From Octopus sinensis (taxonomy: Eukaryota): DNA of 64,000 bases. Every line of letters starts with the position of its first letter. Position 1 is the first letter of the stretch. A model generated the notes under the pieces. It had not been told where the DNA came from. It worked only from the letters and a program-made list of their open reading frames with translations, and ran no database searches. The position numbers and the translations under genes were made by a program. Shown here piece after piece: positions 1 to 13,789 of the stretch. The stretch spans positions 44,144,001-44,208,000 of the forward strand of contig NC_043003.1 of assembly GCF_006345805.1 (NCBI RefSeq). The letters run 5' to 3'.

Positions 1-340
1 AAGAACTCCATAAGCTAAAGGCAGTTACTGAGAGCGACCATCAGTGAGTGTGAACGTTATTATTGCACTATTCATAAAGTTCACTTTAAAAATTCCACGA
101 CAAAGTCACAGTATTTTCTCACCAACCTCAGAAAACCTCTCTTGCTAACCTCCAACAATCTCTCCTCCTCCAGGTGACATTTTTTCGTTCTTTTTCGCGA
201 CGGAAAATACACCTTTTGTGGCACTTACAACGAAATTGCTTTCTTATAGCAGAGCATATCAAATATACCAACAGTTGGGACAAATGCACACACAGGAGTG
301 GTGATTTGAAGCACCCAGTCTGAGGATATCAGAAAGACCT

Positions 341-390
341 TGGTGGTGCTCCCGCATGACCACATGGTTGAAACGAGTAAAAGAGTAAAA

Positions 391-392
<2 letters not shown>
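341..392 (+). mobile_element. 3' remnant of SINE family A
   Basis: GGTGCTCCCGCATGACCACA..TGGTTGAAACGAGTAAAAGAGTAAAAGAA matches the 3' tail of the family-A copies at 16757-17167, 18767-19228 and 61481-61943. Confidence 0.6.
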
Positions 393-474
<82 letters not shown>

Positions 475-620
475 ATATATACACATTGATACATACATAC
501 ATGCATGCATATAATATATATGTATGTATGTATATATATATATATATATACACACATTTACACATTGATACATGCACACACACACACACACACATACACA
601 CACACACACACACACACTGT
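393..620. repeat. Compound (TA)n/(TG)n/(CA)n microsatellite
   Basis: Direct reading. It produces the YIYI/VCVC ORFs at 225-657. Confidence 0.95.
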
Positions 621-1172
621 GTCTCACGGTGCAGGTAGCAATATATATTACTAGCAATAAGAGCTACAAAATCTTCAAAAATGAGTGAGATGATCAGACT
701 TCGTAAAGACTCACTTAATTTTGCGACTAGGATGGGCTTTATTTCCTATGTCTAACAATGTATTTGTTTCCCTGTACCGTCTGTCAGAATTAGTGGCAAC
801 CGAATTCTTTGTTGGTTTTATATTTCTTAGTGCCACCTTCGTTATATTGTAATTTTCGCATTTTCATCTTCCTATATCATCCATTGATTCATACGGAAAA
901 TACTATATTCTAACAGTCAGGATTTGATCAAACCATTCGGCGTCGGAACACTTATCGCTGACAAGCTTTAATTTCAAGCGAAACTTGAATTCTAGTATGA
1001 TGATGTAGCCCACCTAAGAGCGCATAGCTCCTCTCTCAGCTGTAGACCTGTCCTCCTTTGCGGCTGAGTGGGATTTCACCTCTTATTTCTAGCAATGTAG
1101 GTGCTACTATGCACCGTCTGTCACAATTAGTGACAATTGAATTATTTCTTTTGGTTTTATTTGTCTTATTGT

Positions 1173-1278
<106 letters not shown>

Positions 1279-1971
1279 GGTATATGTCATGTAAGCACCT
1301 AAGTGTGGGCGTATTACACACACAACAACAACAACGTAGAGATGATGTTATTCCATTAACTTCGGATCTAGAAATGAAAAATCAACCCACAAGACGTTTG
1401 CCAAGTGGATTCCCCAGTGGAGGAAGTTGCTTAAGTTCAATGGAATTTGAGTTGACTCTAAAGTCCATAGCTTATACGTCATTGCTATCTGCTTACTCGT
1501 TTCAAAAGTAAACAATTTTTGAAAAAAGGCGAATTGATTTTGGAAAGAATTGTTTTTGCAATGGTGATCAATATCACGACAATGATGATATTGCCGATGA
1601 TCTTATTCCAACTAGTGCAGGCTTCTATAGATAATGTTAACAAAACATAGAAATGAGGTTATAAAACATGTTTATCTATAAGCATGGTAAGTCTAACAAT
1701 CTACGTACTTATGGATTTTACTGGTATGTATATTGCATGATATATGTTGTGTGAGTGTATGTATAAACATGCGTTTTCCTGTATATATATGTCTGTGTAA
1801 AAGAAACTGTGTGTGCAGGGTATATATATGTATTTGCTGTGTGCTTGATTTTGCATAGATGCATTTATAGAAAACACTAATATCTAATTTCATACACTGA
1901 AACATAATGATAACAAAAGATATACAAAACTGATATCTATGTAGGTATGTATCTATAAAAGCGTACACACA

Positions 1972-2005
<34 letters not shown>

Positions 2006-2552
2006 ACACACACACACACACACATGTGTGTGTACGAATATGAATATTTGTATGTGTGTCGGGGTGCCTCCGAGTGTTGGCGTGTGTAGGTGGCTGTGTG
2101 CGCGCTTCCGTAACCGTGTGTTTTTGAATGATTTCCCCAGTGATTAGTAATGTCTTATCTGTTTTAGGATTTAAGATGTTTTAAAATACAATCAGATTAC
2201 TTAGTACATTCAATTACTTTATTTCTGCAGTAAACATACGTATATGCATGTGATATAGAGATATTAGATTGTTATAAAACGTAGCTGTTCAAAAAATAGT
2301 AGTGTACGTATACGTTTATATGTATGCTGAGCATTTATATCTAGTTTTAACTATAATTATTTCGTTCTAGCCGCACTCACATACGTGAGGATTATGTATA
2401 GTGTTTTTTTTTTTTTTACTTTATATATACATAATATAGATCGTTGACGTGGGGGAGTATTGGTAAATCACATTGATTGACGCTTTAATCACGGTACATT
2501 AGTTATTAGCTGTTGGAAATAGATATGTAAGAGAAATAGGTGAAGGTTTGCT

Positions 2553-2637
2553 ACTAGTAGCAGCAGCAGCAGCAGCACCACCACCACCACCACCACCACT
2601 ACTACTACTACTACTACCACCACCGGTAACAGTAGTG

Positions 2638-2705
<68 letters not shown>
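2553..2705. repeat. Compound trinucleotide repeat (GCA)(CCA)(CTA)...(GGT)(AGT)n
   Basis: Direct reading. Left (CTA/CCA) and right (GGT/AGT) halves are partly reverse-complementary. Confidence 0.9.
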
Positions 2706-3399
2706 TAAGCACACACATCCTTGATAACCCACATCGAAGGTACGAGCTATTTCCTCTACTCTCCTTACATACATAAAAATGGGTCATTCCTGGAACCATT
2801 TTTTCCACATTTGTCAAGCTTTTCACAAATACACTGCGATGTAGCACTTGACTCTCTACTCTCATTTCCTTTGTAATTGGAAGTTATAAAAATGGATAAG
2901 AGCTTGACCGAAGAGAAAGGTGTCTTTCCAAACTTTTTTCAGCCACGTCCACAATACAATCTCTTTTGCCGTAGCTACTAGACAGAGGAACACTAGACAC
3001 AGGAAGTTTTAAGGTAGCTAGTAGGGCGGTCCTCACAATGGATTCAGCCGATTGTCGGATTCGTTTTTTGCGTGACCACAAAACACCGAAAGTCAGCAAT
3101 ACTCGGACACTGCACGAGTGTATGTAAATCAGCTTCGTCGCTCTGTTCGCCTTCGGACATTTCTACCTGATAGCGCTTTCGTATCTGAAGCAATTATGCT
3201 GAATTTGCAGTGCTCCTCGGCAAAATTGCAAGGTTGGGAATTTGTGGAAGTTATCCATGGTAACATCAAGCGCGAAAATCCTCCGAAACCGATCAGGAAC
3301 ATCCTCATCTCTGATTAGAGTTTCTAGAAGAATTAAATTGCCCTTGCCCATCACTAGAATAATATTAATAATAAAATATTTTACTGTGGAACTTTATAA

Positions 3400-6300
3400 A
3401 TGTTACCTGGAAATCAATGGTATCATATTCGGGTAATAATCATAACTGCTTTAACAGGATTTCAACTGTTAATAGAGAAGTTGTCGCAAACGGGTGACAA
3501 GGAGTGTCTGACCATGCCCCAACATATCGTCATGAAGCCATTGATAAAAGCTGCATTCAAATGTGTAGTGGAAGAAAAATTAGATGAGAAAAGGTGGTAA
3601 ACAAAATTGTGATTGAATGTTGGTTGAAAGGTGAGTCATATGAAAGAGATTACATGAAACGAATGAATGGAATATAGGATAAAAACGGGTTTTTGAATAT
3701 TCCGCTAGACGATTGATAGGGCAGGCAAAGATAGTTCGTATAAATGATTGGATTACAAGATTAGAGGTTGAAGGAAATCAGAGGATAAAAGATTATCAGT
3801 TAGGAATGTGAAACAACAATTGTAGTGAAGGAATGACAGAAGAAATTGAAAAGAAGGAAATCACTAAGTGCCGGAGAATTCTGATGAAATAAATAGTGGG
3901 AGTGATTTCGCCGGAAACGTGACAGAAAATGTTGCAGAAAACTTGATCGATGAGGAGAAGGAGGTTCTACAAATGCTGTTAGGTAAAATGTGTGGTGTGA
4001 ACAATGAAGTAGTAACAAATAAAAGGTGTGTGGACAGATGGAAGGGAAATGGTCTTTTGAGCATGGTTAAAACAGAGAACATTAGTGAAACAAACTAGCT
4101 GCAGCTAATGTTGTAGCTGACATAATAGGATGCATGCGGAGGACTGTTGAAGAAAATGAGAGGGAAAAGACAGAACCAAACTAGTTGAAGAGAATACAAA
4201 TGAAGTTGGTAATGGCACGGAAAGAACTGGGGCAATTAGAAAGGATAAGTAGAGGAATCAAGAAAGAGGTAGAAATCAGCTAAAAATAATAGACGGTACA
4301 GGTTAGAAAAAAGGGTAGAGCAAACTGTATATGAAAAATTGTCACAAAGGATGGCAGCGTAAAAGGCCAAACTGAAAATGCAGAATTTGTCTATCAAATA
4401 GGTGTATTTTTGATGAAATTTAGAGGAACAGTATGAGGAAGTTATTCATGATGCAGAGGAATGTAAAGTGTTATGGGGAGAACTTCTAAACAGGCCCGTA
4501 TGACGTAAAGAAATTGAAAGGTGTGTAAAATAAATGGAGAGACAACTTGCATGTTTACCAAGAAAAAAACCGTCAGAACTGATCTGTATTCATTGAAACG
4601 GATATTAAAAGAAGATAGCAAATTAGAAGGGATTTGTCCCGGATAGACTACAAGTTTACTTGCTTAAGTAACTTTCACAGTTTCATAAAGCCATCCCTGC
4701 ACACCTGGATGAGAGTTTATTGCAGGAACACGTCCTCACCTGGATAAAAGGTAGATGAACGTTGTTACGTCACAAAATACATTTGTATCAAATTTTCGAA
4801 CAATAAGCAGTTTATTGTTCATGTAGAAATGTATGTCTGGTTTAAAAAGTTCTGAAGTCATCTGGGCAGTAATAATTTATTTCCAGTAGAATGGAAGGGA
4901 TGCAGGAAGCAATGTAGGGCAACTAAAGACCAGTTGTTAGTTGATTAAATCATAACTAGTAATTGATGGCGCAGATTGACGGGTTCAGCGAAGCATGGCT
5001 GGATTACAGAAAGTCATATGATATGGAACGGCACATTAGTATAAGTAAAACAATGACCATATTTGGAGTGACAGAAAATATGGAGAAAATTATAAATGAA
5101 AGCATGTAACATTGGAATACTGAATTGATAGGAGGAAAATAAAGACTTGGGCAAGTGACCAGCATATGTGGTATATTTGAAGATAAAAACATATCTTCAT
5201 TGTATTTTGTATAAACCTGAGTTTGATATTACTAGAAGTGAAAATAACTTATGATTTGGGAGAAAGGATATGGTCAAACAAATCATCTCCTTTATATGGA
5301 TGATATAAAGCTATAGGCGAAAGATGAGAAATAGTTTGAAAGTCTTGTACATATTTTCTCATTTTCTCAATAGAGGTAGATGTGGAATTTGGGATTGAAA
5401 AGTATTCTATAGTGATAATGAAACGAGGAATACTGAAGGGAACTGAAATAACAAATAGGCAAACAATAAAATCATTGAGAGAGGACATTGATATAAGTAT
5501 TTGGAAATACTGGAGGTAGATGAAACAAAACACGAAGCGATGAAGCTAATTTCTAATAGGGAATATACAAGGAGAGTGAGAAAAACTTTACAATCAAAGT
5601 TTGAGTTAAAAAGCAGTTATTGAAATAATGAATACAAAATGCAGTAAACATAATCAGATATGGATTCGGAATTGTAGAATAGATAAAAAAGTGACGTGCG
5701 GAAGATTGGCAGAAACCCCCCCCCCATCCCCAGAAAGTTGTTGATTATGTAAACAGCACACCATACGAAAACCAGTTGTTCTTAAAGAGAGACCATAGTG
5801 GAAGAAGTTTCAATGCTGTGAAGATTGAGTATATGATGTATAGACAGCGCCCCCCCATCTATTAACTAACAACTATCAATAACTGTGCTATAAGAAAGAA
5901 AATGACTACGTGAATATCTACGGAACAACACAGAAAAATTTACAAAGGTATTGAACAAATATGGAATAAGGGAAAAAAGACAAGAATGAAATTCAAAGAA
6001 GGCATGTTAAACAAATTGAAGAGGAACCTTTGTATAGTCAGTGTACAAAATCCACTGAGGATGTATCAGAAACCAAACACCTGCGCTTCGTTGAAAAATG
6101 GGTAATTGTAAAAATATACAGAATGCCTTATTACAGTAGCTTAAGATGAGGTGTTAAAAATAAAGATCTTCAGATAATGTGTGTTGGGGTGAAAGTGTCA
6201 CCAAAATGTTCACTATGTGAGATTCGGTGTGAAACAATGGTATTCTTTGTTGCAGAATGTTCAAATTTTAGCTTTTTAGCAGTGAGAGAACATAAGCAAT

Positions 6301-6830
6301 GTATGAATAACCAGGTTGTGAATGATTTGTGTTTGAGGCTTTATCAGAAATGGTGATCTGACGCTGAAAAATTTGGTATAATAATCAGGTTCAAAGAGTG
6401 CTTAAGTTGGAGAATGCAGGAATCTATGGGATTTTCAAATTTAAACGCATAAGAAGCTAGAAAATAATAAACCAGATATAACAAAAATAGACAAGGTAAA
6501 CCGAAGTTGCTTACTAATTGATCCATCATCTCCGTCCGGTTCCATGATTCTAAACAAAGAAAATGAAATATTAAAAACTACAATCTCTTAAAATTGGAAA
6601 TTATGACATTTTGGAATATGAAAAATATGAGTTTTGGATCTGCAATAATTGCTGAATTAGGGACTGTGAGTAATGATATAAACTAATAGATGAAGGCGTC
6701 CTGTAGTTCTTCTGCAGAAAGTGCCTCTTAGGAACAGAAAAAACAATTATCATAAGATTTGTGTGCACTTCAAACATCTTGAAATACGTATGATATCTAA
6801 ATGTACTGATAGCAATATACTACCAACATA
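3400..6830 (+). mobile_element. Degenerate, near full-length R4/Dong-clade non-LTR retrotransposon (RT, zinc knuckle, RLE endonuclease)
   Basis: Broken-frame motifs in the expected order: NKIVIECWLK..RDYMKRM (~3600), WLDYRKSYDM (~4998), NHLLYMDDIKL (~5281), YKYLEILEVDE (~5493), CSLCEIRCET..VAECS (~6205), ILWDFQI (~6418), NKPDI, CLLIDPSSP (~6505), QKSALLGT (~6714). Many stops and frameshifts. Confidence 0.9.
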
Positions 6831-7249
6831 AATACGAACAGGAGGAAGACAAACCTTAGGTTAAGTCGAATAGTAATAATAACCACAACTACTACATTAA
6901 TGCTAACTCTAAATTTATAATGATAAGTTCCTTATTAGTTAAAAGGTGACATATGTAATGGGAAGTGGAATAAGACAGATAAGATATAGTATGTTGATGT
7001 TTATAAAACACACAGAAAATCCTCATAATGATCAGAAAAACAATTTAGTTCTTATTAAGGAAGCCAAGACATAAACATACATGAGTGTAGTGGCTACCTG
7101 GGGTATGTGCTTAATTTCTGTTGCGAAATTTTGACTTACATGCATGCCGTTGGGGTTGAGGGTTCAAAAGTTTGAAGCGCACTTTATTTACTAATCATTT
7201 AAAAATGTAATACTCTGCAATCACTCCAATGCAAATATTGTCTTTCTCT

Positions 7250-8000
7250 TCAGGTGAAGTATAAGAAAACTGATGGAGATTTGACGCCAGGAAAATGTGT
7301 CTAACTTTGTCATTTCTCTCTTGCCTGCTATGCAAACACATTCAGTTGCGAAAATGTAACTATGTGCCAGTCTTGGACAAAGAAAGGTAGAGGTTCGATC
7401 TTCAGGCTGTTCTCGGTTAGAAAACAAAACTCATCCTAACCTTGATCGGAACCCTGAAATGATCTTCAAAGTTCGTCGGAGTTCAAACGGAGAAAATTGT
7501 GTCGCTCAGCGTATAAACTGAAAGTATCCAGTAGACGTCATTCCTGTGTTCTTTGAGTTTCCCACAATCCAGCAATTTTAGTGAATATTGTCTCCGACGA
7601 AATTATTCTTCGGCATATTTCTCAGTTCATTCTCGACGACGTTTAGCGCTTACGAGAAAATGATATTGCACAAACTTTCAACTTGTCTTATTTAGATTGT
7701 TAGTGTGAAAGCTTCACCAACTGCATTACACAATGAATAGATTAATTATGAGTGTCTGACATAATTTCAGACATACAGATTGCTAATTCCTTGAACAGCA
7801 GCTCCATCAAAGAGACAAACTATGGTAAAAATGATCTAACAGAATGGTGATGACACCAGGCCAGAACCAGGAATGGAATCATTGTAGATTCTGACGCTTC
7901 AGTGTATGTCCACTCATCAGTAGCCGTATCAAATCCCAAGAGCAGAGACTAGCAGCAGCAAATGCGCTTCCTTAACACTGGTATGTTACCATTTCACAAG
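7250..8000 (-). mobile_element. Highly degenerate Ty3/gypsy integrase remnant
   Basis: Minus-strand translation gives LMSGH...WFWPGV (integrase zinc-finger region, ~7850-7930), then GLWETQRT (cf. NGLVERFNRT) and QFSPFEL (cf. GFSPFEL, ~7485-7510) in the expected order. Frames are broken. Confidence 0.5.
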
Positions 8001-9935
8001 AAGCAAAAGAGTACTCACCTCAGTCGGTGAGACAAAAAATAGTGCATTACACAATAATTAGGTGGTGATATAATAGAGAGAATCTGTGTAACCACAAGCC
8101 TTGCACGACCTTTTGGTCATATTTTCCTCTCCGTCTGTAAGTTTGTAATACTGATCACACTCCTAGAGTCATCATTCCATTTCCTATCCAACTGCATGTT
8201 CAAAAATTTCTGAACTGGCGATTCTACATGCTTCGTTTGAAGTTGGAACACGTAATTTTTAGATAGAGTGTAATGTAAAGAAGATATATTTTCTATTTTG
8301 ATTAAGTTGAACTAACATTTGAATGCTTCCCCTTTGTCTTCTTAAATATTAACTTTTCTTGTTATAAAATGATAAACAGATAAAAGTTGATAGGAGACAT
8401 TAACTTTGCAAACAAGTTCATCTTATTAGATTACAAGGTCAGACATAATTCAGAAAGATTAAATATTGAATATTATTACCTGGACATAGTTGTACATCGT
8501 AGCGTTCTAAGACTGATGAACTTACATTGAAAGCTGTATCTCTTTTTTCTCTGCCTCTGTTCGACCAAGCTGTTTTCCTAAACTAAGGCGTTCTGGCTCT
8601 GACTAATCATCCCTTACTCAAACTGTGGAACCGTGACAAAATTTATATATCTTTAAAATTGTAAGAATATGTCTAGATTTGCGGGCTAGCTCATTTCAAT
8701 GTAAAACAGCTTAGAATTTGTCTCATTAGATAGGTGTTTACATTTCGTGTAGATTTCAACCGAAAGGATTCTAAGGGAATAAATATTTATAATATTAAAA
8801 ATAAGTATTGAATCTGAAAATAACCCAGGGACAATAATCATTGAAGTGAATTTCACTGAAACACAAACACATTTCATGAAAACAGAAGCACATTTCTTTA
8901 CACAAACTGAATGATGAACTGAAATAATTAAAACGTTGATATTTATAATAATCTACATTGGTTCAATTTTCAATCGTTCCAAGTGGCAATGCCATTATTT
9001 GTTTAATACCCAGAATCAAAATCTTCTCCAGGGACCAGGCAAGCTCGGCTTTTTTCTGGTGTCGCTGTTATCTGAGGTTCGTCTTCCTCTTCGTAACGCG
9101 TGATGCTTTCTTTGGCGTTTTTGCAGCGATTGTAGTTTTCCCATCGTGTATATGTTCCTCGGTGATTCCAATGCTAGTCTGTGGACCACCGTTTTCATGT
9201 TGTATCCTCGCTTAGGACAGGTAAATACAGAGTTATAGAAACAGGTTAGATAACTCTATATAGATAATTGTAAATCTTTGAATGAACATAATGCTTTATA
9301 CATAACAAGTTGTACTTTATTCCTAGAAAATTTTGATGTTGGGTATAATATATAGAGATAGAAGCTTAAATCATTATTGAACTCTAGTTAACGAGTGCTT
9401 CTCTATCACAAAGCTTGTGTAACTAGAACTAGCGACCGGATTATTTTACAGTTATGTAGAAAACAAACATTGGATGAAGTTATTCGAGATGCATGAAATC
9501 TAAACTATAATATTGGGTTCTCATAAGCCAAACTCCTACTTGAGATGAGTCAACTTAGTCTTAAACAGAAACGAAAACAACAGTAAGAAAGCGTTATTGA
9601 ATTATACAAGGTGATTCGCTTTCTACGGCAAACACATCGGAAGAGTAGAACTCTCGTGACGTAGAATTCAAATTTGGTTATTGAACGAAATAATTTTATT
9701 AGTGGCTAGCTACAACTCGTGCTATACGCGAAGGTGTGAAATACACACAATTTAACTCCTATTTTTATAAGTGTTTAAATAAGCACCTTACTAAAATTGA
9801 TTCGGAATATGTTTCTACAGGCCATTACGTAGAACGAGCGGGTAAAACTTTCATAACAAAGTTTTACAAAGATCAATCATACACTTCCTAAAAGAATTTG
9901 TTCACACGAAAACTAATTCCACACATCAACTTTGA

Positions 9936-10124
9936 ATGTATGTATGTATGTATGGCTGGATATAAGTATGTACGTATACATGTATGTATGTAGTATGTAT
10001 GTATGTATGTATGTATGTATGTATGTATGTATGTATGTATGTATGTATATATGTATGCATGTATGTATGTATGTATTTATGTATGTATGTATGTATGTAT
10101 GTATTTATGTATGTATGTATGTAT
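9936..10124. repeat. (TATG)n tetranucleotide microsatellite
   Basis: Direct reading. Confidence 0.95.
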
Positions 10125-10397
10125 CTTTTATCTTTTAGCTCTTCTTTGTTTCAGTAATTAGACGACAAGCATTATGTGGCCCCTATCTGAAAAGGTTACA
10201 GTCGAGAGACGAACCCATTAATTTATTTTTATTATTTCCTTTGGCCTGGTACTTATTCTCTCGAAAACAGCTGCTGAAGCGCTCAGTTATGGGGAGTTAA
10301 AAACACTAACACTGGTCGTCAATCGGTGGTGTGGGACAGACACAAACACTTACACACACATACACATACACACACTCATAAACTCACATACACTCAT

Positions 10398-10450
<53 letters not shown>

Positions 10451-10681
10451 AACATAAGAGATGGCCATAAAAGGACATCTGACTCACTAGAAAGAGCAGT
10501 TAAACTCCAAACCACTAATAGTTGTAATTCTGACATGGAAAGAGAAATAAAAGCGTTTACCCTATCATTTCTGGACTATGCATGGTTTCATAGTTTCGGC
10601 AATCTTTTGTAAATAAAATAAAATAAATTTATTTTAATTTACGATTGGCGTTGCCATCTTCAGCAGAAAATCAAGGCTAGC

Positions 10682-10744
<63 letters not shown>

Positions 10745-10920
10745 ATATGTGTGTGTGTGTATTTATAGGGCTTCTTTCAGATTCCGTCAATCTAATCCAA
10801 TCAGAAGGCGTCGGTCGATCCGAGGCTATAGTAATACACACTTACCCAAGATGCCATACAGTGGTCATGAACCCGGGATGTGGTTGAGAAGCAGATGTTT
10901 TACCACGCCGCCAAATGCAT
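10125..10920 (-). mobile_element. SINE family A, degenerate, with halves separated by an insert in the central microsatellite
   Basis: The 5' half (10767-10920) and 3' half (10125-10350) match other family-A copies in reverse. About 230 bp of unrelated sequence lies between (TA)n tracts at 10451-10682. Confidence 0.6.
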
Positions 10921-11416
10921 ATATTTATGTGGTTGCATTTTGTGGGTATAAAATGCATGCGTAGATGTATGGCTATGGAAATAGTATGTATCGAAAAGAA
11001 AGAAAGAGGGAAAGGGAGAACAAATTATGATGTGTGTGTGTGTGTGTGTGCGTGTGTGTGCGTGTGTGTGTGTAATTTTATAGGCAACAAAATAATCAGG
11101 TGAAGAAATATTTCCACGATATATGAAGTACGTAATTAATCTGTAATTACCAATTTTTGGCAATATTCCATCGCATTGAAAATTTTCCTCATTACTGTCA
11201 TACACCCACGAAAATGATAAGTCGACTTGACACCTTCAGATTTGTTGTAGGTCGATGTTTAGATCAATTTCTTGACCCGAGCACGCAAAGATCTCACTAA
11301 CATCTGAAGTTCTAATTTGGATAGATTCTTAAATAAATTCCGCATACACAGTTCAACAGTTAAGTTTTATTGATTACACCGTTGATTATTTATAGTTTAC
11401 ACTCCCACACACATAC

Positions 11417-11419
11417 ATG

Positions 11420-11462
<43 letters not shown>

Positions 11463-11475
11463 ATATATATATATG

Positions 11476-11572
<97 letters not shown>

Positions 11573-11600
11573 GCATATACATTTATACATACACACACAC
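11417..11600. repeat. (TA)n-rich microsatellite
   Basis: Direct reading. Confidence 0.95.
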
Positions 11601-12380
11601 AGATGTCTGTGTATGTATGGGCTTTCTGTATAATTCACTTCTGGAATCACTTGCTCAGAACGCATAAAATTAACAATCTTCGAAACTATTACAGGAGCTT
11701 AGACTGAGATATAGGTCGGAGCATCGTGTGACAGCCGGTAATGCTACATCAGAAATCAACCACCAACGGTTGCTTTTGGCGCCGACTTCACCTGGACACC
11801 CACAGTTTGTAACACTCCATCCTGTTCCAAAGGCGTACATTTGTAATACGTGTGTGTGTGTGTATTTAAATACCTATATGTATGTATATATGCATGTATG
11901 TAGGAATATATTTCTATGCATGTATCTATGTGTATACATATGTGTGTCTATATTGTGATTTAAATCTGAATCTACAACCAATTGTCCTTTCTTTGGCCGT
12001 TTGAAAGCAATCTACAAGAATGACATTTACACCAAAGAATTTCAGTTGTGTATGTGTATTTTTTTTGTGTGTGTGTGTGTTTATAAATTTCTGTGAATAA
12101 CCTTCTGTTGAAAAAAACCCCAAAAGACATAGTTTACTGGACAAATAAATAAAATTAAAAAAAACTTATAGATACTCGTACAAACCGAGTTAGTTCGCCA
12201 CCTTGACATTTAATAAACATTGTCTTCATAAATGTTGCCTTTGGTTATCCCACATATTGCAATGTGTTTCTGTCATAATCAATTATTGTACGATTATATT
12301 TATTTATTCACTGTATATTCATATTTATCCTATACACTAGTGCAAAATATAGAGCCGAGTAATTGTCCTTTCGTAATACT

Positions 12381-12505
12381 ATATGTATGTATGTATGTAT
12401 GTTTGTATGTATGTATGTATGTATGTATGTATGTATGTATGCATGTATGTATGTATGTATGTATGTATGTATGTATGTATGTATGTATGCATGTATGTAT
12501 GTATG
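12381..12505. repeat. (TATG)n microsatellite
   Basis: Direct reading. Confidence 0.95.
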
Positions 12506-13789
12506 TGTATATGTATGAATATATATGAAAATATATGTAAATCACTTACGTGTTTCTACTTCCAATCAACATACAGAAAACATTGACAACGAACACTGAA
12601 TATAGAAGTGAAGTAGACATGCTTAGAAATATATGGTAGATTTCTGAGTTTTGCTCAAGAATTTTATCCCTCCATTAGTGCCAGTATAGAATCAGTATTT
12701 AAAAATTTTAGTTATTAGCAAGATCTACCGATATCTGAAACTATTACAAGGTCCCTATGAAAACATAAGCAGACGACATGCTCGTCATGTCCGAATGTTT
12801 TGTGGTGAATTCTCTCTAGCGCTTTGAATAGGTCTAAATTGTCGTTGTACCCTTGATACTCTATGCTTAAAATGGGAAGTAGCAGATAACCAAAGCTGCG
12901 TTTCCCTTCCTACTAATACTGAATTTTAGTTAAACACCAACGACTTAATATCAAAACCGAGGTGCGATGGACCAATCAATTCTATACTTATTTGAATACC
13001 CATTGTTTTATTATACTCTTGACTATGTAATATTTCAAAAATATACGATGAACTTGCTTTTTTTTCTGCCTATATAAAGTGGTGTTTTTTTAGACATAAT
13101 TTCTTTGACTAATAATGCTAATTATTTCTCATTTTCTAGGAACATTTTTAACTTTATGTTTGAAAATTATGAACGTTGTTATCTAACCGAATATCGGCCC
13201 TTCTGAACTCATGTATAGCTAAAATATTTCCTACCACAACATTCTAATTTCCAGTGTGTTACTAATTTTATTTGACTTCGATTTCCAGAAGTGGACGCCA
13301 CGGTACAAGACAATAATTAATTTCTCTTTATGAAATTCATAAAATATATAACATGGAACGTTTTGACTCAACGCTGAGTAATATTTTTCTCATATTTGTA
13401 TCTATGTTTATGTTTCTCCAGCTTATAAAAATGTGAAAGACTATTTCCTACTTTACTGCCTCAATATTCATACATAGCATAATTTCAGAGAACATAGTTG
13501 GCCTATGATGTATAGACTGATCTCGATTTCTCAACTAATAACATTCGATAACAGTTTTATTAGAACAACTTAATGTCACCACTGTATATTTCATGTTCCA
13601 AAATCATATAGTGATTGGGGTTTTAATTATTTCACACTTTAGAACCTTGCCAAAGGATTTTAGTATTACAGATGAACTGGTCTACTGTGACACCTAGACA
13701 CATTGTCAAGCACATGCAATCTCGACCCAAAACTTATATGGAGATTAAGTGAAGATTACTCTGTTGGAGTTCACAACACTAAAGGTTTT

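Noticed and set aside
225-657. ORFs rich in YI/VC/HT dipeptides here and at many other positions (e.g. 11370-11707, 33528-34062, 48417-48961, 59262-59558)
   Set aside because: They are stop-free translations of dinucleotide and tetranucleotide microsatellites.
1490-1628. Minus-strand exon-like segment ACTSWNKIIGNIIIVVILITIAKTILSKINSPFFKNCLLLKR with a GTAAG donor
   Set aside because: The hydrophobic run derives from ATC/ATT-rich low complexity. No recognisable homology or partner exons.
2884-3099. YGKR neuropeptide-like cleavage motif in a minus-strand ORF
   Set aside because: Single occurrence, no signal peptide and no repeated peptide units.
2890-3320. Kinase-like fragments (LDTGSFKVASRAVL; VIHGNIKRENPPKPIRNILISD)
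   Set aside because: Spacing between the putative Gly loop and catalytic loop is about 85 codons, shorter than usual. Key residues are missing and frames are broken. Chance or R4 5'-flank sequence is as likely. A profile-HMM search would settle it.
8515-8545. CTGATGA...GAAA hammerhead-like spacing
   Set aside because: No stem II or stem I pairing, and G at the cleavage position.
8958-9215. GC-richer segment with ORFs on both strands
   Set aside because: No recognisable domain and no convincing splice pair. Possibly part of the adjacent decayed gypsy element.
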